Source of the DNA: Tricharina praecox
Lineage: Eukaryota
Assembly: GCF_024521635.1 (NCBI RefSeq)
Contig: NW_026250410.1
Coordinates: 372,001 to 436,000 of the forward strand
DNA length: 64,000 nucleotides
Direction of reading: 5' to 3'
A program made the position numbers and the translations under genes. The notes under the pieces are model-generated. The model searched no databases and was not told the origin of the DNA. It worked only from the letters and a program-made list of their open reading frames with translations. The stretch's first letter is position 1, and each line of letters starts with the position of its first letter. Shown here piece by piece: positions 9,722-20,928 of the stretch.

Positions 9722-12700
9722 CTAAAGCTTAACCTCGGTGCTCTCAAACTCGACCAGCGGCTTAACGGGCCTAGGGCCGGCAGAAACGCGGCAGCTAGCC
9801 TTCCACGCGACCACGTCCTGAATGGACTCAAAGATCTCACCAAAGTCCTCCATCTTGAACTTCTCCTCGTCCGCCTTCTTGACCGGGATCGCACCGACAA
9901 GCGCTGCGCGACCCTTCTCGAGGATCTCGTGGATGTTGGCCTCCTCGATTTTCTTGACGTCCTTGAGGAATGTGTGGACCGCGGCGACGACGGCGTCCGT
10001 GTCGTTGATGTCGATGCCTTCCAGGGCTTTCGTCACTTCCGTGTGCTCCGAGACTACGCCCGCGGCGGCGGAAAGGAACTGGACTAGTGCCTCGACGAGG
10101 CCGGGCTTGCGGTCTTCGGGTGTGACGGCTGCCGCGCGCATCTGGATCGACGCCTTGGAGCGGCGGGGAGAAGCGGAATTTATGAACGTGTTGTAGAAGT
10201 CGATGGTATCCTGTTTGGTCAAAGCCTTCAGGATTTCGACGTCCTCATCCGCTGTCAATCGGTGTTAGTTCGTTCGTTCGCCCAACCTCGCTCGCTCAGG
10301 GATTTCTTACTCCGCTCAAAATCGTACATCTCGCTCGCGATGAACGTCCACAGGCGATTGCTCTCCTGGTTGAGGTTCTTGAGTCTCTCCGTCTTGCGGA
10401 GGATCACCGCCTTGACGTGAGATTGGAATTCCTTGTCGGTTATATCCGCAAGCTTTTGCGCGACGGATTGCAAAAATTCTTCGATCCGTGACTCCAGATA
10501 CGGCGCGGAACGTTCCGACTGTACGATCACACGGTATCCCATGGTGGTCGCGCTGTACCGACTGCCCGAGAATACAATGTATCCGAGCTGCTCCTTGGTA
10601 CGAAGCTGGTCGAAACATGGCCTGGACGTAGGGGTTAGCCGGTGAATCGAGTAAAAAGAACTAGGACAACTCTTACTCCTCAGTTATCTGAGAGAACAAG
10701 GCGAGGAGGTTCTTAAGTCTCCGGTCCGACTGTTCTCCAACATAGAGGGTGTATTCGATGACGGAGTTAACGTTCTTCGGGTCCTCCAGCGCCCGGTCCC
10801 AAACATATCTTGCTCCCTCGGGGATGATGAGCGAACGTCTGATGCCATGCTGAGTCGGCGGGAGCACCCTAGGTTTCAGAATAGTCTCGATGAGATTGAT
10901 GTACTTCAGAGCATCCTACATGTCCAGCAGCAGATTAGCCACGTTTCCCAACCTCCCAACAGCTGCAGGCGACTTACCTCTTTGTACAAATTTCCGTGAA
11001 CCAACGCTTCTATGTGAGTCTGTCCCAAGATCTTCTGGAAAAAGGTTTCAACGTCCGCTGCGGTAAGGCACTCAAGCTCCGCCAGCACCTCCTCGTTCAG
11101 CCACATGGTCTGGGAGTTCATGTATCTAATGTATTCCATGACTTGGTGGTAGGGCTGTTGGAAGATCCAATTCCTGTAGGCCCGAAGATTCTTTTCCTTG
11201 ATGATTTTGAATCTATCGGGCAGGACCTTCAGATCCCTCATCTGGATTATGACCTTCTCCAATAGCACCGACATCTTGTCGTTGTATCCGGCAACCTCAA
11301 TCTCCAAACCAACGGTGCTAGAGCTGACTGTGTAGTCGAGGCCGGCAATCTCTGCGTCGTAGGCATACTCATTGAGTGCGTCCTTGACAAGGTCGCAGTA
11401 AATTCTAGCTGCAACGGCATTGGCTGGCGAGGAATATACCAGCGGGCTGCGATGACATTAGCGCAGCACCGTACCAGTGTTTCCACACGAAGTAAAGGGG
11501 ATCCCTACTTTCGCAAAGTAATGTAGACATTCGCCTTGGGCACCCAGAAAGTGTCGTCCTTCTTGTACCAAATCCTGGAGAGTTCCGTGTTCTTGATCAG
11601 AACGGGGACCTTGCTAGGAGTGTCGACCTTCTTCTTCTGCACATCAAAGTTCTTTGGGATAAACTCGTTCTTGTGCGGCAGATGAAGCTCGCCGTGCAGC
11701 TCGCCAGCACCTATACCTGTGGCAGCAGTACTCTTCACCTTCTGAACGAAGGATGCCGGCATCTTCTCCACCCGGTATTCCGTCCCATACCACTTCTCGG
11801 TCTGGTCAAGCGGTCCACCTGGGCAATGGCGTGCCGCGATCTGGATTCTAAAATTGTCAGGACGAAGATAGTCCAGCGATTTGGCGATCATTTCGGGGTC
11901 ATATTCTCTGAACAGGAACGAAGAGAGCAGCCATTCCCTGGGGAGGGGCTTCTGCATCGTTCCAGCCTGACGAGATGTGAACTTGGACGCCGGGGACTTT
12001 TGACGGAACTTGAAATCCACCGCAGCGGTGTCCTGCAGCTCTTTAAAGATCCAGTTCTGCACTGGTGTATCCTTGATGAGGTTGATGTAGTGGAAGACAG
12101 CCTTCACGATTTCCTCATAGTTTTCTACGGGGGGATGGGGTCAGCAAGATACATTCGGAGGAGATACAGGTGCGTTAGAATCTCACCCAGTCCATCTTCG
12201 GTAAGCTTGATGTTGATGTGGAAGAAAGCAGAGCCGACGCCGACAGGAGTAGCTCCAGCAGACAATTCATTCACCCAGCCCTTCTTCTTCAAGTAGGCCA
12301 GGAGCGAACCCGGACCTTCATGACCGATCAGATGGCTTGCATATCTAGAAGGTTGTGTCTCGAAGAGGGGTTCCTCGTCCAGAAATGGGAATATGATGTC
12401 AATCTGTCGGGTGTCCATGACCGGCTTGGCAAAGATTTGTGTCTGCAACCATCAATAAAAGTGCGCACCAGGGATTGGTGCGGGGAGGGGACAGGATGGG
12501 CGCGGCAGACCATGAGATGCTCCGGTAGGAGGGGTTGTCCCTCAAACCTCTGTTCGGGCAGATCTTTATTCTTGACGCCTTCAAAGAGCTCAACGGTCCA
12601 CTTCTCCAAGGTGTCGAGATCTTCCCGACCCAGAACCACCAACTTCATGGTATTTGCGGAGTAATACTTGTCATGAAACTTCATAAATTCATCTCGAACA

Positions 12701-14131
12701 TTAACACCTCTCTGTTCGGGCAGCTCCTTCAAGGTTTGCAGATTTCCTGTGGAGAAGTGACAGTACGGGTGCTTCGGGTTGGATAGCGCTTTGGAGAGCT
12801 GGTGCAACCTCCAGACGTCATTCTGCAAGTTCTTCTTGTTCTCCGAGTCAACAGCCCTCAGCTCACGTTCTAGAGTTTCGGCAAGAAACAGTGGCGAAAT
12901 GAAGAACTGGGCGAACCGATCCAGCGCGCCGTAGAAGTGTTCGTGGCCAACCTCAAAGTAGTAGTTTGTAGACGTTGAGGCTGTGTAGGCATTGGAGTTA
13001 CCCGAATGCTCGGAAAGGTATTGCGAGTACTCGTTCTCTTTTGGGTACTATCGGGGTAGGAGAGGCGATGTTAGCATGGGAGGCGATATCTGGGGCGGAG
13101 CGGGAGGATGACGGGAGGATGACGGAGAAGTACATACCTTTTTAGTTCCCATGAAGAGCAGATGTTCGACCGCATGTGCTTGACCCTACAATTGCGTGCG
13201 GTTGCTCGCGTCAGCCTGATCACATCTTCATCCCATGTTTACTTGCATGATGCATGCCTGCCAGCGTGGTTCCCCAGCCAGCCAGCTCTGAAGCGTGCCA
13301 CTGGCTGCAGATATGTAGATAGCCGAATCGGGTGTTACCGAGCGGGATGGATGGATGGACAGGATGGAGGGATGGGGCGGTATCTAAAACGGAATCCCGC
13401 ATGGGGGATGGGTGATGGGCTATGGGGGAGCTGGCTGCATTCAGGTGGAGACGCAAACCAAAACTTACTTGCAAGTCGATGCTATCGGAAAAATTGCCCA
13501 CGTGCACATCTAGAGCTGCAGAGGCCTTGTCGGTATCGGGATCATGCACCAGCAATGCTTCGAGCTTGTTCGGCAGCTGGATAACCCTGTAGGAACGATC
13601 ATCCAGGTCCGGCTTCTCCAGCTGGGACGCAACGACGGTAGCTTTGCCGCGGATGGGAAGGGTGTCGGTAGTCATCGTGAAGGCGGCCGAAGAGTAGAAG
13701 CGTTTGGTAGCAGGGGCGGTGGGGAAGAAGAAGCGGGATGTTGGACGAGGTGGGATAGGTGTTGCTTGAAGTGGCGAACGCGGTGGTGTTGCTAGTGGCG
13801 GAGCAGCAGTAGGAGCGGCGGCGGCAGCAGTGGATGGGGACGACTGTGAGTACTTATGCAGTTGTCGGCGTGCAGGCAGCAGCAGCAGTGACTGTGGGCA
13901 ATGGCTGACCTTCAGCAGGAGATGGACGGGATGGGGAAGGGGAGGAAGGTGGAAGTGTGTCGCAAGCGTCGAGAGTTGATTATAAGTGATGGCGGTAGTG
14001 GCACTTCGTCTGAGGACGGAGGGCGGCTGTGTAGTCAAAGCGGATGATGACGGCGGTGACTCCAAGACCGGAAACCTTGTTGGCAAGCGTGTAGAGGCCG
14101 CGACTGCTCTGTAGTGCAGAGCCGGTTGCAT
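9722..14131 (-). CDS. STE23: Insulysin-like M16A metallopeptidase (multi-exon); alternative start at 13675
   Basis: DDRSYRVIQLPNKLEALLVHD and the HXXEH motif (AHAVEHLLFMGTKK) on a 48-nt exon 13138-13185. Also HLIGHEGPGSLL, KKDDTFWVPK and QLRTKEQLGYIV. Confidence 0.93.
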
Positions 14132-16083
14132 TCAATGGCGGAGAGACCAAGTAAAGGGCAGAGGATTTTATTTGGTTCTGTTGAGGAGGGTGTGGTGATT
14201 CGGCGGAAGACCCGTCAAGTGAATGAGTGATAATACTGGGGGGTGGTGGGGGAGGGGGCGACGGCGGGATTCGTTGGTTACATAGGGATTTAGTAGGCGT
14301 GCGCCCGTAAGTTGGATAAGTCACCAAGTATAGCAGTTAGCACGGTCTCACATTCGCCTCAGGGCACGGACTCACACTGGTAGTCCGGGGGTGGGTGAAG
14401 CAGCAAACGCCAACGAGGGGCGGGAATGGAAGATCCATTTCTGCAGGGGTTCTCCAGCCCTCGATTGAGCGTGTGGGCGACCGGCGGCAGCTTCAGATGG
14501 GACACTCGCTTGGGGTGCTCTGTTCGGCGGAATCCGCAGTCTTGGGCGCGTAGCACACGCGGGAGCCAGCCATGGTTGCCAGCCGAAAACCGGCTAGAGT
14601 GCACACCCCGCTGGGCAGGAAGACGCTCGCCGGACAGGGCTAACTATCGCCGATGGAAATGTGTTCTGTCGATCGGAAGATGGTCTCTCTGACTGGCCGT
14701 CCTTCGGTGGAGACCATGGCCAGTGTCGAGGCTGCCAGTGTCGAGGCTGCCAGTGCCAGTGCCAGTGCCGTACCAGTGCCAGTCGCACTGGGGACTCCAA
14801 ATGTTGTCTGTCCTTTATATTGTACCAATGGTACCAATCCTTCACGTACATGTACTCTACATACATACGGGCTACAGTTTGTCTATTGCCCCCACTGAGC
14901 TCCTTCATGTGCCGAGTTGCGTGCATGCAAACGTGCTTTGCCATTCAAAAGCAGGATGCTTATGGCGAATGACGGGAGTGACGGTAAACGGGATATACCT
15001 TCTTGAACCAGCTCCCATTCCTGTGCATTGATCCTGTTATCAGAGCTTTGAATGGCCACCATGTGCAGCAGCAGGAATTCCGGAGACTTATCGGAACCGG
15101 AATATTGAGAATCGATGCGAGGAGGAATCTGCGACGGCCCGCCCAAAACCCCCATACATAGCCGTTCTGTCCAACCTCAGGATATGTCTCCGTTGAGTCT
15201 ACTGGGAGGCTACTTGCAGCCACTGTTGTTCTGGAATGGACCTGAAGGCTGAAGGCTGAAGGACAGTAGATCTCGGAGGTTAAAGTAGGATGGTATGCAC
15301 ATACATAGCCGGTCCCAAAGGCAGCGCTCGTTCCACACTGTCGGAATAGGTGGGACGCCTTACTGATAGTTGCATCGATACCTACGAGTCTCCGACTCTC
15401 CGATCTTCTCCGGCTAAACATCAGGAAACCCTACCTAAATACCTGCCTCCTAGATGTTTGGATTATCCTGTCCTGCAACACTGATGTTCACGTCCAGGGA
15501 CCTGAATGGGTTGAATGAGTGTCGCATTCTCATTGCCCAAGGGTACACTGGCAGTGGCCGTCTACTTCTGCACTTCCCCATACCGTAGCCTTGCCGAGAA
15601 TGTGGTCTTCGATAGCCACGACTCCAGGTCTTAAACTCGTTAAAAGCCTGCCATCATAGAGGGAAGACAGATACCCTCGGGTAGGTGAATTGGAGTTTCC
15701 ATGTCCATTCATGGTGGATAATCTTCATGAGTGATCGTGAGAGATGCGACGGCGATCTCTGTTCTCTGATTCGCTTAACCCCACTATCTACCGTTCATGG
15801 GTTAGTGCGGGAATTCCCTCTATCGTGTCTTGGCAGTCGGCTGGGAAAGTTCGCAACGCCTCGTTCCCTAACTCAGCTTTTCTTTCCTTTTTCTTTGAAG
15901 GAGTGCCGTGCCAGTCAGTCAGTCACTAGCGCACATAAATTTGGTCCCTTCCTGTTCGTCTCTCTCCATCGTCCTCAAAGTTTACCGCCTTTCCTAGCAT
16001 CCATTCTTTCCTGCTTGCTCCGCGCCTCTTCTTTGTCCTCCCCTCCCCGGCCAAAGATTCATACTGCGAACACTCCAGACACA

Positions 16084-17402
16084 ATGTCCGAACTTAAGCC
16101 CGAAGAGGTCGAGAGACATTTCGTCCAACTCGCCGAACTCGAGAAGGAATTCGACAGGGTTGATGTCGAGATCCGTAAGTTGCCTGTCGCTCTTTCCCTG
16201 CTTCACCGATCGCTTGCGGGCTTTTCCTGGGGAGGGTCGTGCGCCTCCTTGGGGGGGCACATTGTTTGCACTCGCCCGTTTCGGGGTGAGTGAATATTGT
16301 CGTGAGGCTGCCAATTGCCCTCAACCCGATGCGGTGTCCTACCGTGGCAGACGGGCTGCTTGCTGTGTCGCGCAAAGAACAATCAGTGACAATGGCAATG
16401 GCAAAGATGATGGGGATGATACTTACAACAACGATGCTAACGCACAAGTGCAGTTCGCGAGACCACCATCAAGCAGAGCCCGCTGTACGAGAAGCGCAAT
16501 GCGATTACGTCTGCGATCCCCGGCTTCTGGCCGCACGTGTTCGAGGACGCCTCGAGCGCGCTGCGCTTTGACGAGCACATCACGCCGGAGGATGCGGAGG
16601 TTCTCGCGCACCTCACGGAGCTGAACGTCACGCGCCCGCACGCCGAGAAGGGCGACCCGCGCGACATCGAGTTCACCTTCAAGTTCAAGGACAACGACTA
16701 CATGCCCGCGCAGACGCTCGTCAAGCTGTTCACGTATCAGGAGGGCGGCAAGCCCGGCTTGACCGGACTCATATCCACCCCCATCGAGATCCAGTGGAAG
16801 GGCACCAAGGACCTTACTTTCGGCGTGAATAAGGCCGCGGTTGAGGCGTTCGAAGAGCGCAAGGCTAAGGCGGCGGATAAGGAGAAGAAGAAGGGCGGCC
16901 TGGGTGACAAGGAAAAGAGCCTGCTGGAGCTTCTTAACAAGAACTCCCAGAGCTTCTTTATCTGGTTCTCCTATGCCGGTGCCCACCACGGCCTTGGCGA
17001 GAAGGAGGGCGAGATCGAGGATATGGATGACGAGGAGGAGGATGCGATCACTGGCCCGGTCGAGGCGTTCCCCTACGGCGACGAGCTCGCTATCCAGTTG
17101 GCTGAGGATGTCTACCCGGCAGCTGTCAAGTACTTTAGTACGTGTTCCGTACCCTCTGGAGAGGTTTCTGAGTGTTGTTGTTGATGTGCGCATGCTGATT
17201 GAGCGCTCGCAATGTAGCCTCGTCCCTCGAGGAGTCCGATGATGAGGATGACTCGGATATCGATCTCGACAGTGATGCTGAAGAACAGTCGGCCAAGCAC
17301 AGTCATAGCCACAGTGGCGGAAGCTGCGGCGGCAAGCACAAGCACAGCCATTCCCACAGCGAGTCCCCCGACGAACCAGCCAAGAAGAAGGCCAAGAAAT
17401 AG
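16084..17402 (+). CDS. Nucleosome assembly protein (NAP/SET) family histone chaperone (3 exons)
   Basis: PLYEKRNAITSAIPGFWPHVF, TPIEIQWKGTKDLT, SFFIWF, DELAIQLAEDVYPAAVKYF. Introns 16175-16453 and 17138-17217. Acidic tail and PAKKKAKK NLS-like end. Confidence 0.85.
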
Positions 17403-17754
17403 AGGGTTCGCAGGGCGGTGTTGATTTACTAGCAACGTAATGGATAAAAAGTGGTATTTCACGAGTAATCTACATAATGGGAAAAAAATGGGCTTTCTTG
17501 TACAGCAGTTTATGACGAGATTGAATTGAGCTTTTGCTCTATGGGATGGGGATATTTGGTCTTCTAAGTAGAGTACGATTCCGTGATCCTGTGTATTCAC
17601 CGGCGTGACGACTTTGGGTCCAAAGTCCACAGCAAAATCCTTGGTGATCTATTCGCCAACCTGCCCTAAAGAGAAGTGAAGTGATATAGCCATAGGCAAC
17701 TCCCAACGCCCGGAAACGCAACAAAGTAAACTAAACTTCCCCATCGCTGCCCGC

Positions 17755-18544
17755 TCACATGGATTTCCTCGCCTTCCTAGGCCAGGAATCACCTCCATCG
17801 TTGCGCCGCTTCTTTTTGGGGTTGGGGCAATCGTTACTCATGTGACCCCTCCCACCACAAGCATAGCACTCCGCCTTGGGGCAATCGGAAGACTTGTGCC
17901 CGTTCTTGCCGCAGCTATGACACTTCATAGTCGCCAGCCCAGCCCTCCCAGCATTGGAAATACCGGTCAATCCCTTCAGCGGATCTTTCTTCCTCCTGGG
18001 CGTGTTCTCCTCCTCCTCCTCCTCCGAGCTATCACTGTCATCGGAACCATCCTCCCCTTTTCTCGGAGTGCCTTCCTCGAAGTTCTTTTTCCGGAAGTTC
18101 CCAAAGACCATGCGTCCGGTAGTCTCCTTCTCTTCCTTCACCTCCTCCTCTTCCTCGTCGTCTTCTTCTTTTTCATCCTCCCCTAGCTGCGCAAAGCCCA
18201 TGTTGACCACCTTCATCCCGGCGCTGCGCTGCGACGAGCGCACATACGACAGCTCCCACCGCGTCTCAGCATCGCCGCTCGACTGTTTCTTCGGACGCAG
18301 CGCCAGCGTCGCCGCCTCACGGCGCGCATCCTCTTCAGCTGTGGCCGCCTTGATCGCTTCCGTTGCGGTCTTGTTATTGGGGCTCGAGTACGCCGCGCGT
18401 TGCATGAACTTTTGAGGTGTTAGCGGAGGGCGCAAGGGGGAATGGAATGGAGAGGGAAAAGGTGCCTGCCTTCATGGTTAGCAGGCGGCTCGACATGTTC
18501 TTGCTGGCGGGCACGCCGGGTTTGCTGGGAGATGGGGCGCTCAT
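17755..18544 (-). CDS. Mpp6-like protein (SSRLLTMKFMQR motif) with two C-terminal CCHC zinc knuckles (2 exons, GC-AG intron)
   Basis: Exon 18544-18470 plus exon 18408-17755 gives KNMSSRLLTMKFMQRAA, GRMVFGNF, CHSCGKNGHKSSDC and CYACGGRGHMSNDC. Confidence 0.75.
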
Positions 18545-18771
18545 GGTGCGTGTTTGGAGGCGCGGAAGGTGAGGTTTGGTAATTGGTGGTTGTTGGTCTT
18601 GGTCGTGAAGAGCAATTCAACTTTCCTTCGAGTCGCCCCGTCATGTGCAACCACGCTTGTCCTTGTTAGATAGCGTCTTGGCGTCAACCCACTTCCCCGG
18701 GGACCTCCACCTTCCCTTGCCGCTCCGCAGTCCGTCAATCCATCGACAACGCGCAGCCAACCGCCACCACC

Positions 18772-19386
18772 ATGACCCCGCTCCTCCTCCGTCCGACGCT
18801 CCTCCTCTCGCGGCTCCCCCGCGCCGCCCTGCTCGTGCGTGGTGTCCAAACCACCTCTCCCACAATCACCAAGCCGAACGTCGCCGGCACCCCCAACGCC
18901 TCGGCCACCAATGCGGTCCCCACCGACTCCCCGGCCATGGACGGCCCGCACCCCAAGGACCTTGCCGAGTCCGTCGAGGCCGGCGAAGCCGCGCGCCACA
19001 CGCAGGCTCCCAACCGCGCCACTACCTGGTCCCGCTCGCAGCGCTCTAGGGCTATGGCTATGGTCGGCCCGCGCTTCGAGCAGACGAATATTGCGCAGCA
19101 GCCCGCACCTTGGGCCGCTATCGACCTGATCCATCAGCAACCGGTGAGGTGGTCCGAGAGCAGGGTAGTTGCTTGCGATGGCGGTGAGTGATCTCTTCGG
19201 GCCCGGCGGGGAAGGCACGAGTACTGACGGGTGCATCAAGGTGGTGGCCCTTCGGGACACCCCAGGGTGTTCATCAATGTCGATAAGCCCGAGGTCACAC
19301 CGTGTGGGTACTGTGGCCTGCCGTTTGCGCATGTCAAAAATCGGAAACACCTTGAACAACACGGTGCGAGCTACCCGTTGGAATAG
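18772..19386 (+). CDS. NADH:ubiquinone oxidoreductase zinc-finger subunit (NDUFS6/NUMM family; 2 exons)
   Basis: [52 protein letters not shown] after intron 19184-19240. Mitochondrial-type presequence. Confidence 0.92.
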
Positions 19387-19737
19387 GGACGGGCGGCGCG
19401 GGGTGAGGGCTTGTATAAAGGGCTGTATTAGAATTGAGATCGGTGACTCTCGTTTCTGTGATCCATCCGGAGCTCGTCCTTGCCCCTCCCCCTGGGGAGA
19501 GATTCGTGATGATAATATCCCGCGTGTTGGCTTTGCGGCCAAACCTTGCGGGCATCCCCTGATACTTTACACGTGAACGGCTTTTATGTGGCATTTAATA
19601 TTAATGTAGACCGCTGTGGGCCACCCAGGTTACAACATATGGCTACGAGTACTCAACGCCCAGAAGTAAAAAGCACACCCAAACTCCATCGCGAACTCTA
19701 GAGCGCGAAAACCAAAAAAAAAACCGAAAACCGCTTG

Positions 19738-20558
19738 CTATACAATGATCAGAAGAAACAGTAGGATGCACAGAACAAGTATCAGCAAGCCAATACACCA
19801 ATTACTTGCCGTATCTGTCATCCATTAGAATCCGTACCCAGCCCAACGAGCAGACACAGAACTCACCTTCATTCTTCCGTATAAACTTATTCAGATCCTT
19901 CAGGCCCTTCCCCAGCTTTCCTTGAACCCTGTCCACATCCGTATCGAGGGCACTAATCATCTCCGCCTGTTCCTCCAGCTCGCGGCCCATGACATGCGCC
20001 TGCTCCCTGAGATTCCCCACGGTCCTGTAGACGCCATCGAGCTGCAAGTCCTGCTCGCGCATGATCTGCACCTGCTGCTCCTGTTCATAAGCGCTGAGCG
20101 GGTCTGCGGCGTAATGATCATCGTCGTCGTCATCGTCGCCGACGAAGCCTCCATACTGCGGATGAACGGGCCCGGCCATCTCCTCCTTCATATCCTCGAC
20201 CTCGCCGGCCGCCTCCTCGACGAACCGCCGGCGCGCCGCAACGTCCGCCACATCGAGCCCGTACTGGTACGGGTCCTTTTCGACGGCCTTGACGGCCGCG
20301 GTCAGGTCCGCAAGGTCGTCAGAGAGCGTCGCGAGGTGGTCGCTGAGCTCCTGGCGCGCCGAGGCGAGGTCCGCCCGGTTGGGCGACGACGGCAGAGAGC
20401 GTAGCCGTAGGAAGTTCGTGAATGACGTGCGGGTCTGCTGTAGGAGCGATTGGACTTCGCTGTAGCGCGTTAGCTGCCGTCACTGCGCGCCGCCGGGAGC
20501 AGGGGACGCACGACTGGAATTGGTGGTACGGGTCCGTGTCGGTCGTGGAGGACATCAT
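19738..20558 (-). CDS. TLG1: Syntaxin-6/Tlg1-like Qc-SNARE (multi-exon)
   Basis: DPY N-terminus, SNARE motif MREQDLQLDGVYRTVGNLREQA..ELEEQ, C-terminal TM (NWCIGLLILVLCILLFLLIIV*). Confidence 0.88.
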
Positions 20559-20928
20559 TTTCGCGGCGGGTATCTCGCTTTCCTTTTTCTGCGTCTTCCT
20601 GTGCGGTTCCGTCGTTGTGGTGCCGGGAGAGAGCCAGGTATCTGTAGGGTTACGTATTGGCCAATAGGTGAAACGAGCTGCTGAGAGCTCGATGCGGTGC
20701 GAACTAGAGCAGCAGCAGAGCCGCCTCACCTGAACCTATGATACATCGTCCCATCTTTCTTGGCGTGCACAACGTCATTTGAGAATGTTTGGTGGTGGAA
20801 CAGACCAAACACACATCGAAGCATATCATTCTTTACACACCTTTCCTCGTCCAGGTCGACCTCTCGCCCCGCTTCGTTCGAAGCACCTGTTCTAGCAGCG
20901 GAGCAACTACACACAGAGACAGACAGGC

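Noticed and set aside
14340..15930. Several short ORFs between STE23 and the NAP gene
   Set aside because: No domain, splice pattern or codon bias supports them; partly a GCCAGT microsatellite.
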